Positions 28,001 to 37,128 of a stretch of 64,000 nucleotides of DNA are shown here, piece by piece (positions within the stretch are counted from its first letter, which is position 1; the number at the start of each line of letters is the position of its first letter). The translations under genes and the position numbers were made by a program. This DNA comes from Flavobacteriales bacterium (GTDB lineage: Bacteria; Bacteroidota; Bacteroidia; Flavobacteriales_F; PHOS-HE28), in the NCBI GenBank assembly GCA_039933875.1, contig JBDTNF010000005.1, positions 2,373 through 66,372 of the forward strand, in the 5' to 3' direction. Under the pieces are notes generated by a model. The model did not search any database and was not told the origin of the DNA. It saw nothing but the letters and a program-made list of their open reading frames with translations.

Positions 28001-31000
28001 TGTCGCAACCGAGCGAATCGGCGATGGTCACTGTGTAGATACCCGCGCAAAGACCTTGCGCTTGCGGCGTACCCTGTCCGATCGGAGGAGGAGGATCCCA
28101 TACGTACGTGTACGGGGTCACACCACCTGTCGGACCAACCGTCGCGGTCCCATCACACGCACCTGAACAACCCACCGGCGTGGTGCTCAGGTTCGGGGTG
28201 ATGATCTGCGAAGGCAGTACCGATGCATTGGCGATGCTCACACAACCGCTGCCGTTCGTCACCTGCACCGTATAGGTGCCCGTACAGAGATCGGTCAGCG
28301 TAAGCGTGTTCACAGAGATCACGTTGCCCAGCACATCCGTCCAGATCGTGCTGCACGTCGGCGAGGTGCACGTGAAACTCACACTCACGGTCCCATCGCA
28401 GTCGCTCGCGCAACTGGTTTGGCCATCCGTGATGGTGAGCACCTCAGCGTTGCTGTCGCTCAGCGGAACGATGATCGTCACCGAACAACCGTTCACATCA
28501 GAAACCGTGAGCGAGTAGAGTCCACCGCAGAGGCCTGTGGCATCCTGATCGCTGCTCACTTCCACACCACCGACGACCCAACTGAAGAGGAAGGGTCCTG
28601 TGCCACCCGTTACCACAGCGGACGCGGTTCCATCGCAATTCGGGCAGGTCGTTGGCGTGGTGTTCGCGCTCACTTGCAACACCGCTGGTTCCGTGATAGT
28701 GTACGTGTCGGTCACGCTGCAACCGTTCGCGTCGGTGACCGTCGCGGTCCAGTCCCCGGCACAGAGGCCGAAGGCCGCACTCACGCCTTGTCCGTTGGGC
28801 GGTATGGGGGCCCAGAAGAACGTGTATGGGGCGACACCACCGAACGGCGCGAGCGTGATGTTACCGTCACATTGTCCCTCGCAGGAAACATCGATCACCG
28901 TCGCTGTGACATCGAGCGGCAGGGGTTCTGTGATGAGCACCGAGGCGGTCGTGTCACAACCACCCGCATCACTTACAGTAACCGTATACACACCAGCGCA
29001 CAAGCCCGTCGCTAAAGGCGTGCCCTGCCCGCCGCCAGGAGGAGGATCCCACACGATGACGTATGGTGCGATACCGCCACTGATGCCCACCGCTGCCGTT
29101 CCATCGCAGGCACCCGCGCATGTCACCGGCGAACTGCTGATCAGAAGCACCGTGGGTGCTGGAGCGATAACCGTTGCGGTGTCGAGCGCAAGACAACCGG
29201 AAGCGTTCGTGACACCGACGAAATAGATGCCAGGGCACAATCCGGAGAGCGATGTACCGCTCTGCCCAAGATCGTTACCGGCACTGTCGTACCAAGCCAC
29301 AACACAGGAAGGATCACCGCATGTGAAATTCACACTCACCGCGCCATCGCAGGTGTTCGGACACGACGTGTTACCATCCACCGTGGTGAGCACTTCCCCG
29401 TTCGAATCCGTGATGGGCACTGCCTGTTGCGCGCTACAGCCGTTCGCGTCGGTCACTGTAACGGTATAGATGCCTGCGCAGAGATCGGTGACGTTCTCAG
29501 TAGTCCCTACGGTCGTGCCACTTGCGTTCGTCCACACCACATCGTAGGGCGACACGCCTCCAGTGATCACCGCTGTGGCCGTGCCGATGCACACCTGGCA
29601 TTGGCTGGGCGTGTTCTGCGTGACCAACGTGAGCAACGGCGGTTCGATGACCGTATAGCTGAACGGTGCGCTACATCCGTTCGCATCGGTGATGACCACA
29701 TCCCAAGTTCCCACGCACAGGTTCAACGCGCTGTTGGTGCCCTGTCCGTTCGGCGGCACCGGGGTCCAGACAATGAGATAGGGTGCGGTACCACCGGAAG
29801 GGTTCAGCACGATGCTACCGGTGCATTGTCCGGCGCACGCGACATTGATAACAGCTGGATCGTCGAGGATCGGCGTCGGCTCGGTGATGAGAATATCCTG
29901 CGTGATGCTGCAGCCCGTCGCGTCGGTGATCGTCACCGAGATCACACCTGTACAAAGACCTGTCGCTTGCGGGGTGCCCTGCCCGATCGGTGCGGGTGAC
30001 CATACGTATGTGTATGGAGCCACGCCCCCGGTCGGACCGACCGTAGCCGTACCATCGCATACACCCGCGCAACTCGCTGGTGTACTGCTGCTGTTGGCGA
30101 TGATCGCGGAGAACGGCGCGACGGTGAACGCCATCGTGGTGTCGCACGCATTGCCATCGGTCAACGTCACGGTATAGTTCGTACCAGCACAAAGTCCGGT
30201 GGCTGTATTGGTGCCCTGCCCACCGCCGGGAGGTGGTTGCCAGTCGATCACGATCGGGCCGCTACCACCAGCAGGTGTCAACGTGGCGCTTCCCGAGCAG
30301 GCGCCTAGGCAAGTCTCCGATGTGACGACCAATCCCGGTTGGATGGGCGGTGGTGTGGTGATGGCGAACGCGATCGAGGTATCGCAACCGGCCGCGTCGG
30401 TGACAAGCACCTGCCAGTTACCAATGCACAATCCACTCACCGCGCTGGTGCCTTGTCCGATCGGCGGTGTAGGGATCCACAGGAAGGTGAACGGAGGAAT
30501 GCCCCCCGTAGGTGACACGGAAGCCGAGCCACCACACTCGTTGGCGCACGGTCCGTTCAGCGCGACAAGCCCCGCGTCGATGGGCTGCTCAGGAAGAATA
30601 GTGAAGACGACCGTTGTATCGCATCCACCAGGATCCGTGATCAGCAGCGACCATATGCCCGGGCACAAGCCGGTGGCCGTGGGCAATCCCTGTCCGCTTG
30701 GGGGCACAGGTGTCCATAGATACAGGTATGGCGCCTGGCCCCCGGTCGGTGCCACCGACGCGGTGCCATCGCACGGACCATTACAACTCTCGTTCGTGGA
30801 GACGGCGTTCGGGATGATCGGTGTGGGTGAGGTGATGTCGAACACCATCACCGTGTCGCACGCGGCACCATCACTGATCACCACCGTCCATGTTCCGGGG
30901 CACAAGCCCGAAACACTTGGTGTCCCCTGTCCCACCGGAGGGCTCGGCGACCAGGTGTAGATGTAAGGTGGAAGCCCGCCGCCCGTGGAAAGGATGATGG

Positions 31001-34000
31001 TGCCATCACAAACGTCCGCGCACGACGCGTTCGTCACGGTGGGTACCGCAACGATGCCCGACGGTGTGTTCACCGTGAACAGGATCGTGGTGTCGCAACC
31101 CAGCGCATCGGTGAGCGTGAGCGTGTAAGCGCCCGGGCACAATGCGGAAGCCCCCGGTGTGCCCTGTCCGACGACCACACCCGGTCCCCAGAGGAAGTCA
31201 TACGGACCCGTTCCACCCGACGGCGTGGCGGTCGCAGTGCCATCACACAAACCACCGCAACTCGCAGGAGTGATCACGATCACAGCACTCAATGGGACCG
31301 GCGCATTGATGACGAACGCGAGCGTGGTATCACAACCCGCGACGTCGGTAACGGTCAAGGTGTAGTTCCCTGGACACAGGCCGCTCACACTTGGGGTACC
31401 CTGTCCAACAGGCGGCGCTGGAGACCAACTGTAATCGTATGGTGCCGCGCCACCCGTCACGACCACCGTCGCCGTGCCGTCGCAATCGCCAGCACAGTTC
31501 GGATCGGTAGTGACCAGCGCAGCATCGATGGGCGGTGGTTCCTGAATGGTGTAGGTAAGCGTGGTATCGCATGCACCCGAGGTGATGGTGACCTCCCAAT
31601 CGCCCGTGCACAACGCGGAGATGCTTCCCGTGCCCTGCCCCACAGGGGGCGCAGGTGCCCATAGATAGGTGAACGCCCCGTTGCCACCGGACACAGTGAG
31701 GACGATGCTGCCATCGCAATCACCATTGCACGTCGCATCGGTCACCACCGCGGTCACCGTGATCGGTGGCGGTGCTGGAACGGTGAACGCGATGGTCGTG
31801 TCGCAACCCACCGCATCCGTGATCGTGACGGTGTAGGCCTGTGGGCACAAACCTGTCACGTTGGGGGTTCCCTGTCCAGTGCCGGGAGCAGGTAACCAGT
31901 TGTAACCATATGGAGAAGTCCCCCCGGAAACGATCACACCGGCGGAGCCATCGCACACGCCCGGACAGCTCGCGGGAAGCACCTGCAAGGAGACCAGGAT
32001 CGGAGCCGGGCTTGTGATGGTGAACGGCACAGTCAGCGTGCATCCGTTCGCATCCGTGATCAACACACTGTACGCACCCGCGCACAACCCACTGATGTTA
32101 GGTGTGCCCTGGCCGGCAGGTGGTGCGGGGGTCCATACGTAGGTGTAGGGCATTGTCCCTCCGCTCACCAAAACGGAAGCCGTGCCATCGCACAGCGTAC
32201 CGCAGGTCACATTGGTCTGCGTCGGCGTCGCGATCAACGGCGGTGGCTCGCTGATCGTGAACGTCACGGTGGTATCGCAGCCGTTCGCATCGGTGATGGT
32301 CAGGCTGTAGTTCCCAGCGCACAAGCCGGTCACAGTATCCGTTCCTTGACCGACCGCCGGAGCAGGTGTCCAAACGAAACCGAACGGACCCACCCCACCG
32401 GTGACCGTGACCGTCGCGGTACCATCGCATGCACCAGCGCAGGTCACATCCGTCGTGGTCAATGTTGGATCGATCGGTGGCGGAGCACTGACCGTGAACG
32501 TCACAGTGGTATCGCAGCCACCAGCATCGGTCACGGTTACCGACCAATCGCCGGGGCACAAGCCGCTCACATTGCCCGTGCCCTGGCCCACGGGTGGCAC
32601 TGGGCTCCAGAGGAAAACGTATGGTGCCTGACCTCCGGACACGCTCAGCCCGATCGTTCCATCGCACACATCAGCACATGTCGCGTCGGTCACGGTTCCT
32701 TGTACGATGATCGCACCCGGAGAAATGATCGTCACACTCACCAGCGTATCGCAACCGGAGGTCTGATCGGTGATCAGCACCGTGTACGCACCGGCACAAA
32801 GCCCCGTGACACTTCCCGTGCCCTGCCCCGTTCCAGGCGCCGGTGCCCATACATACGTGTATGGTCCGGGCGCACCGGCGGGGAGAACGTTGGCAGTACC
32901 ATCGCATGCGCCGAAGCAACTAGCGTTGGTGAACGTCAGGTTGGGTAGTATCGGCGGTGGTGCAGTGATCGCGAACACCACCGTGGTGTCGCACCCATTG
33001 AAGTCGGTCACCGTCACACTGTAGTTGCCGGGACACAATCCGCTCGCGTTGTTCGTGCCCTGGCCGATGGGTGGTGGCGGCGTCCATACCACGGAATAGG
33101 TCGGCGTGCCGCCGCTTGGGACAACGCTGGCGGTCCCATCGCACTGCCCGAAACAGTTCGCGTTGGTGATCGTCAGGTTCGGCGATACCGGCAGCAGGTT
33201 GAAGAAGAAGGCGGTGTCGAAGGTGCACAGGTTAAAATCGGTGATGTGCAACGTGTTGTTGCCTGCGCACAGCGCGAAGAACGAGGAACCGGTTCCCGCG
33301 CCGTTGTTCCAACTGTAACTGTAAGGTGATACACCACCAACAGCGAGCGCGGTGCGCGAGCCATTGCAGACGTCAGCGCACGTGGGTGGTGTTCCCTGCC
33401 CGAAGAAGATCACGCCGAGCGGAGCCGGTTCGGTGACGTTCACCTGCACCGGGCACGAAATGCCCTGGGTGACGTCCGTGACGATCACGATCTGCGGTCC
33501 ACCGCAGGCCGCGGTCCAGGTCTGCGTTGGCGGCCCTCCGAAGAGCCAGGAGTAAGAGAAGGTCCCACTGCCTCCCGTGACGTTCACCGTCACCGTGCCA
33601 TTGCAATTGCCGCGGCAACGCACACCGTACCCGTTGAAATTGCTGACCAGCGTCGCGGTCACCACGAACGGTGTCTGTCCGGGACCTGTACCACAGACGT
33701 TCACGTCGCGGTCATCGATCGCAGGCGCATCACCGTTCCACGTCACGGGCGCACCACCCACCGAAAGGGTCGCACCGGTCGGGTCAACGATCGGGTTCAG
33801 TGCTCCCAGCGCGGGCGGCATATCGAGCATCACCACGGAACGACCTCCGATCAATCGCTTCGCACCATGTCCTTCGGTGCGCAGCGCATGCGCCTTCAAC
33901 AAATTCCCGTTCGTGATCAGCGTGCCCTCGCGCATCACCACATCACCCTGTTCCATCACCATATCGCTGAGCGCGCTCCAGCTACCACTTCCGTCCAGGA

Positions 34001-34430
34001 CCAACGAACCGCCCAAGGGTCGTCCGCATAGATCCACTTCCACCCCTTCGCGCCGCACCACCAAGCGTGTGGCACCGGCGAACGGCCATGTCACGTCCCC
34101 CACCAGGCGCCAATCGCCTGCTATGGTCAACTCTGCATTGGCTGGCCCGGTGATGCTCACCGCACCATTGGCTCCGTTCACCAGCAGACCCTTACAACGC
34201 GCGGCACCTTGTATATCAATGGAGGCACTGGCCGAAGGAGCGATCACCACGATCTCGTCCGCGCGCGGTGCACCCGCCCCACCGGGCCCGGTGGGGGTAA
34301 GGCTCCAATGCGCCCCGTCGCTCCATGCGCCTTGACCACCCGTCCAGTACTTCGTTTGCGCTAGCGCCACCGTGCACAGGCCCGCGAGGAGCATTGCCAG
34401 GGTGGTCTTGAGCGTGGCGTTGGTCAGCAT
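25074..34430 (-). CDS. giant SprB-repeat adhesin-like T9SS type B cargo protein (~3118 aa)
   Basis: ORF 25074..34502 was trimmed to the Met at 34430 (MLTNATLKTTLAMLLAGLCTVALAQ). About 33 SprB-type repeats are present (C...CDG......GG..PY...W.P.P.GQGT...GLC.G.Y.V.V.D..GC). The C-terminal FTPNGDGWNDVW...VYNRWG...GTYYYVV is the type B sorting domain. Confidence 0.92.
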   Translation of the reverse strand: MLTNATLKTTLAMLLAGLCTVALAQTKYWTGGQGAWSDGAHWSLTPTGPGGAGAPRADEIVVIAPSASASIDIQGAARCKGLLVNGANGAVSITGPANAELTIAGDWRLVGDVTWPFAGATRLVVRREGVEVDLCGRPLGGSLVLDGSGSWSALSDMVMEQGDVVMREGTLITNGNLLKAHALRTEGHGAKRLIGGRSVVMLDMPPALGALNPIVDPTGATLSVGGAPVTWNGDAPAIDDRDVNVCGTGPGQTPFVVTATLVSNFNGYGVRCRGNCNGTVTVNVTGGSGTFSYSWLFGGPPTQTWTAACGGPQIVIVTDVTQGISCPVQVNVTEPAPLGVIFFGQGTPPTCADVCNGSRTALAVGGVSPYSYSWNNGAGTGSSFFALCAGNNTLHITDFNLCTFDTAFFFNLLPVSPNLTITNANCFGQCDGTASVVPSGGTPTYSVVWTPPPPIGQGTNNASGLCPGNYSVTVTDFNGCDTTVVFAITAPPPILPNLTFTNASCFGACDGTANVLPAGAPGPYTYVWAPAPGTGQGTGSVTGLCAGAYTVLITDQTSGCDTLVSVTIISPGAIIVQGTVTDATCADVCDGTIGLSVSGGQAPYVFLWSPVPPVGQGTGNVSGLCPGDWSVTVTDAGGCDTTVTFTVSAPPPIDPTLTTTDVTCAGACDGTATVTVTGGVGPFGFVWTPAPAVGQGTDTVTGLCAGNYSLTITDANGCDTTVTFTISEPPPLIATPTQTNVTCGTLCDGTASVLVSGGTMPYTYVWTPAPPAGQGTPNISGLCAGAYSVLITDANGCTLTVPFTITSPAPILVSLQVLPASCPGVCDGSAGVIVSGGTSPYGYNWLPAPGTGQGTPNVTGLCPQAYTVTITDAVGCDTTIAFTVPAPPPITVTAVVTDATCNGDCDGSIVLTVSGGNGAFTYLWAPAPPVGQGTGSISALCTGDWEVTITSGACDTTLTYTIQEPPPIDAALVTTDPNCAGDCDGTATVVVTGGAAPYDYSWSPAPPVGQGTPSVSGLCPGNYTLTVTDVAGCDTTLAFVINAPVPLSAVIVITPASCGGLCDGTATATPSGGTGPYDFLWGPGVVVGQGTPGASALCPGAYTLTLTDALGCDTTILFTVNTPSGIVAVPTVTNASCADVCDGTIILSTGGGLPPYIYTWSPSPPVGQGTPSVSGLCPGTWTVVISDGAACDTVMVFDITSPTPIIPNAVSTNESCNGPCDGTASVAPTGGQAPYLYLWTPVPPSGQGLPTATGLCPGIWSLLITDPGGCDTTVVFTILPEQPIDAGLVALNGPCANECGGSASVSPTGGIPPFTFLWIPTPPIGQGTSAVSGLCIGNWQVLVTDAAGCDTSIAFAITTPPPIQPGLVVTSETCLGACSGSATLTPAGGSGPIVIDWQPPPGGGQGTNTATGLCAGTNYTVTLTDGNACDTTMAFTVAPFSAIIANSSSTPASCAGVCDGTATVGPTGGVAPYTYVWSPAPIGQGTPQATGLCTGVISVTITDATGCSITQDILITEPTPILDDPAVINVACAGQCTGSIVLNPSGGTAPYLIVWTPVPPNGQGTNSALNLCVGTWDVVITDANGCSAPFSYTVIEPPLLTLVTQNTPSQCQVCIGTATAVITGGVSPYDVVWTNASGTTVGTTENVTDLCAGIYTVTVTDANGCSAQQAVPITDSNGEVLTTVDGNTSCPNTCDGAVSVNFTCGDPSCVVAWYDSAGNDLGQSGTSLSGLCPGIYFVGVTNASGCLALDTATVIAPAPTVLLISSSPVTCAGACDGTAAVGISGGIAPYVIVWDPPPGGGQGTPLATGLCAGVYTVTVSDAGGCDTTASVLITEPLPLDVTATVIDVSCEGQCDGNITLAPFGGVAPYTFFWAPIPPNGQGVSAAFGLCAGDWTATVTDANGCSVTDTYTITEPAVLQVSANTTPTTCPNCDGTASAVVTGGTGPFLFSWVVGGVEVSSDQDATGLCGGLYSLTVSDVNGCSVTIIVPLSDSNAEVLTITDGQTSCASDCDGTVSVSFTCTSPTCSTIWTDVLGNVISVNTLTLTDLCTGTYTVQVTNGSGCVSIANASVLPSQIITPNLSTTPVGCSGACDGTATVGPTGGVTPYTYVWDPPPPIGQGTPQAQGLCAGIYTVTIADSLGCDTTIALLIVEPAPLVQSALVQNASCAGTCDGSIVVTPSGGTGPFLFFWTPVPPNGQGGNSATDLCAGAYSLLLTDANGCDTTVAYTIMEPLPISLVGNTSPSACGVCSGAVNVMVSGGTGPYLFAWTSGGNLFGTNDTLANICAGFYTVLVTDANLCQATLLVPVSDIDGEVTTTTDGLTTCPGDCDGVVNVVFNCGDPPCTISWYDASGNSLNGTGNQLDSLCAGLYLVQVINGTGCITIDTAYVDEPDPILPNLSTTPVTCNGACDGSATVGPTGGVPPYGYVWDPVPPIGQGTPQAQGLCAGVWTVVISDSVGCSITVDVLITEPPLLIADATVTPITCNGACDGVIVVIPQGGVAPYVFNWSPVPPNGNGTDTGTGLCADDWLVTVSDANGCDTTITITLVDPPVLDATVTTTNNICFGDCLGTAEAVITGGVAPYSTVWRDAGGNTIAAGVDSIGGLCAGDYTFEVNDANGCLFSTPFTITEGTPIVANLTTTNETCFGPCDGTASIAPSGGTGPYTVLWQPPPPVGQGSTLASGLCAGAWSLTITDALGCDSTYAFTILPFDPILANATVSDVQCNGDCNGSIVLAATGGLGGYIYLWNPVPPNGQGTATATGLCPGDHDVTISDVIGCDSTFTFTITEPSAVSITVDQVTPATCADAADGSIGTTATGGTPPYVFGWAGPGGFNSALEDLAGLLPGDYTLIVTDSHNCTDTVVVTVDALITVVADAGPDQSVCFNVAILLDGSQSVGALTYTWTDDQSAVIGTDTTVSLGPLSSGPHTFTLTVTNGPCSSSDQVSITVLDLPIADAGPDHAIVLGEPVTLGGTPTGPTGSTFLWTPDSALTSGAVSNPLGHPSVTTWFTVLVTAPNGCQDLDSVLVTVIPEVVIPSGFTPNGDGWNDVWVIDYIDLFPLCEVEVYNRWGELLFQSVGYKQPWDGRYNDGFVPVGTYYYVVKLNDPRFPDAYTGPLTVIR
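25835..33650 (-). repeat. in-frame coding tandem repeat, ~33 SprB-type units of ~77 aa, with a 4-unit super-repeat at about 26700..30110
   Basis: The units were enumerated from the translation. The boundaries are approximate and were derived from amino-acid indices. Confidence 0.85.
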
Positions 34431-34447
34431 CCTGTTGTGCTCGTGGT

Positions 34448-35389
34448 CTAATCGAAAGCCGGGCAATTGATGGCACGCCTGCCCACGCTCTCCCTGGCGC
34501 ATGGGGTGATGGCGAGGACGATCTCGTGTGTGTTGGAACTGGCCACCCGCAACTTCGAGGTGGTCACATCATAGCTGTAACCGACTTGGAAGAATTTCAT
34601 GAAGCCGATCTTCATCAGGATCGTGAGGGCATCGCCGTTGCGGTATCCCACACCCAGGGCCAATGTGCGATTGTACTCCACCATGCAATTGAGATCCGCC
34701 GCCATGGGCGCACCACCGGCGAACTTGATCAGGGCGCTGGGGATGAGGGCGGTCTTCTTGGCAAGGCGGTACTTGTATCCACCGGTGAGCATCAAATGGC
34801 GGGAGAGGTGCGAATCGACACCGATGTCCTTGTACTTGTTGCCCACCAGTTGATGCAGGGACAATCCTGCCCACATCGTCTTGCTGTAGAGCCAGATCCC
34901 CGGGGTGATCTCCGGGAACAGCATCACGGTCGCCTTTCCGGCCAAGGCTGGATCATTGAAATCCGTGGCGATCACATCACCCACGTTGAACTTCACCTGC
35001 TCGAGCCCGGCGAACGTCCCCAGGGAGAGGAAATAGTCGCGCGACATCTGGATGTGGTAGGCGTAGGCGAGCAGGAAACGCGTGTAGCCCCAGTTGCCCG
35101 CGTTGTCCGACTCCGCGAACACACCGATGCCGTGCTTGTTCGCCTGGAAGGGCTTTCCCTTTTGCCGGATCGTGCCATGCAAGCTGATCCAGCCGGTGGT
35201 TGGGGCTCCGTCGAAACCCGTCCATTGCTGGCGATAGCCCAGGCGCAGGTCTATGCAATCCTTGCTACCCGCCACACCGGGGTTCACACTGAACATGTTG
35301 AACACGTACTGCGTGTATTGCGATAGCTGCTGCGCTTGCGTCGACATCGCGATCGCGGCCAACCAGGCGGTGAGGATCCATCTTCTCAT
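34448..35389 (-). CDS. PorP/SprF family type IX secretion system membrane protein
   Basis: ORF trimmed to the Met at 35389 (MRRWILTAWLAAIAMSTQAQQLSQYTQYVFNMFSVNPGVAGS). It makes an ATGA overlap with the upstream cargo gene at 35386-35389. Confidence 0.9.
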   Translation of the reverse strand: MRRWILTAWLAAIAMSTQAQQLSQYTQYVFNMFSVNPGVAGSKDCIDLRLGYRQQWTGFDGAPTTGWISLHGTIRQKGKPFQANKHGIGVFAESDNAGNWGYTRFLLAYAYHIQMSRDYFLSLGTFAGLEQVKFNVGDVIATDFNDPALAGKATVMLFPEITPGIWLYSKTMWAGLSLHQLVGNKYKDIGVDSHLSRHLMLTGGYKYRLAKKTALIPSALIKFAGGAPMAADLNCMVEYNRTLALGVGYRNGDALTILMKIGFMKFFQVGYSYDVTTSKLRVASSNTHEIVLAITPCARESVGRRAINCPAFD

Positions 35390-36378
35390 CGGATGATGGA
35401 GATGAAACCTGTGTAAGGGGTGGACTGACCTTCGACCTGGTTCAACTGGATGTAGTAGTAGTAAGTACCCTCCGTCACCTTGTGGCCGTTGTTGGTGCCA
35501 TCCCATGGTTCGCGGTAGCCATTGCTGCGGAACACGCGCTGCCCCCACCGGTCATAGATCAACACCTCCGAGCCAGGATAATCGACGATACCAGGAACAT
35601 CCCACGTGTCATTGATCCCATCGTCGTTCGGGCTGAACGTGTTCGTGGGCTGGATCAACAAGATCACTTCCACGGTCACATCATCGCTGAACGCGCACCC
35701 GTTGATCTGCGTGGTGACCGTATAGGTGGTGCTGGAGACCGGTTGCGCGATCGGGTCGGGTATGCCGTTCCCGCTAAGACCCGAGGTAGGTGACCAGTCG
35801 TAGTTCGTTCCGCCGATGGCGTTCAGTTGGGTGCTCGCCCCCTCGGAGATCTCCACGTCCGGACCTGCATCGAAATCAACACCCACGATATCGGCACCGG
35901 CGCCCCCGATCTCGATCTGGAAACCGCACTGTGCCGCGATCGTCGAGCCGTTATCCTGCGCCCCGGCAACGATGATCCAATACTGTGTATTGGGCGCCAA
36001 TGCGAGCGTATTGAAGCTGAACGACTCGGAGTCCTGCACGCATGGTGAAACCGAGGCGAACGAGCCCGGCAGGCAACTACCATCGCCGCTCAGCACCACC
36101 ACGCTCAACTCGTTGTCCATGCCGGCGATCAACGGGCAATTGATGGAGGTGAGCTGGACATTCACCTGGCCACCCACGCTGTTGGTAGTGAAGGTGTACC
36201 ACACCAAATTGGCCGTGGATGCGCAAAAGCCGGGCAGGCCTACCGCACCGGTATTGTCCCCGCCCGCCTGTTGTTCCGCGCAAAGCGTGGCCGCCGTGGA
36301 GCAGTCGCTGTTCGGTGGTTGCGCCCAGGAAACCGTTGCTGTGAGGGGGAAGAGGGCGAGGAACGCGGTGAGGCGCAT
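35386..36378 (-). CDS. T9SS type B (gliding motility-associated C-terminal domain) cargo protein, 330 aa
   Basis: ORF trimmed to the Met at 36378 (MRLTAFLALFPLTATVSWAQ). A Cys-containing N-terminal beta domain is followed by an Ig-like segment. The C-terminal is FSPNDDGINDTW...IYDRWG...GTYYYYI. Confidence 0.88.
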   Translation of the reverse strand: MRLTAFLALFPLTATVSWAQPPNSDCSTAATLCAEQQAGGDNTGAVGLPGFCASTANLVWYTFTTNSVGGQVNVQLTSINCPLIAGMDNELSVVVLSGDGSCLPGSFASVSPCVQDSESFSFNTLALAPNTQYWIIVAGAQDNGSTIAAQCGFQIEIGGAGADIVGVDFDAGPDVEISEGASTQLNAIGGTNYDWSPTSGLSGNGIPDPIAQPVSSTTYTVTTQINGCAFSDDVTVEVILLIQPTNTFSPNDDGINDTWDVPGIVDYPGSEVLIYDRWGQRVFRSNGYREPWDGTNNGHKVTEGTYYYYIQLNQVEGQSTPYTGFISIIR

Positions 36379-36507
36379 GGTACGTGTGAACGGGCGCGCG
36401 CGCGTATGCACGCACGGCCACGCCGAAGGTAGAGGGGGCGTTTCCCGCGCCCGGTCGCGAAGAGCGGGCATTTTCACACACCATACTGTTAAGCCCGTGC
36501 GCCAGGG

Positions 36508-37065
36508 CTAGCGTGCACCGCTTCCGTCCGTGAAGTGGCGGCGCTCGGCGGGCTTCCCGAAGCGTTCGGCATTGAAGGCCTGCGATCCGCCGCGTGGGAT
36601 GGAGAGCGAGGCCCATTCCGCACCCGCGAAGGTGCGTGCCAGTAGAACGATCTGCCCGACGTGGTAGGCGTAGTGTGCCAACTGGCGATGCAGCGCTTCC
36701 TGCACCGTATGGCCTTCGTTGCGGATGAGTACCACGCGTTCCAGATCCGCATCGGTCAGCCCGTCGATCGCTGCGAAAAGGCTAGCCCAGCCACCGGACC
36801 AATCCTGCATCAGCGCTTCACGCGTGGCGTGGGGCCCGTTGAATTCGCTCTCCCGATCGCGCCACGGCTTTTCACCATCGCTGGTAAGGAAGTCCGTGAA
36901 CCGCGAGCGCATGTTGCCCGCCAGGTGCTTTGCGATGAGCGAGATCGAATTGCCGTCCTGCACCAACGTGCGAACGAGATCCTCATCCTTCACCTGCGCC
37001 ATGGCCTTGGTGCCGAGGTCCTGGTAGTAGCCGAAGAGTTTGCGGAGGGAGGTGATGGTGGACAT
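36508..37065 (-). CDS. DUF1572 / DinB-like family protein
   Basis: ORF trimmed to MSTITSLRKLFGYY. The motifs HLAGNMRSRFTDFLTSDGEKPWRDRESEF and LAHYAYHVGQIVLLAR are typical of DUF1572. Confidence 0.8.
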   Translation of the reverse strand: MSTITSLRKLFGYYQDLGTKAMAQVKDEDLVRTLVQDGNSISLIAKHLAGNMRSRFTDFLTSDGEKPWRDRESEFNGPHATREALMQDWSGGWASLFAAIDGLTDADLERVVLIRNEGHTVQEALHRQLAHYAYHVGQIVLLARTFAGAEWASLSIPRGGSQAFNAERFGKPAERRHFTDGSGAR

Positions 37066-37128
37066 TGTGCAGGGGATGTTCCGCAAAGTTGCGGAGCGCG
37101 TTCTTTGCCACCGACCCGCCGGGTCGGG

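Noticed and set aside
25835-33650. The ~231-bp periodic DNA repeats as a mobile element, satellite or CRISPR-like locus.
   Set aside because: They are in frame within one continuous 9.4-kb ORF. They encode a Cys-patterned SprB-type domain and are bounded by a signal peptide and a type B sorting domain.
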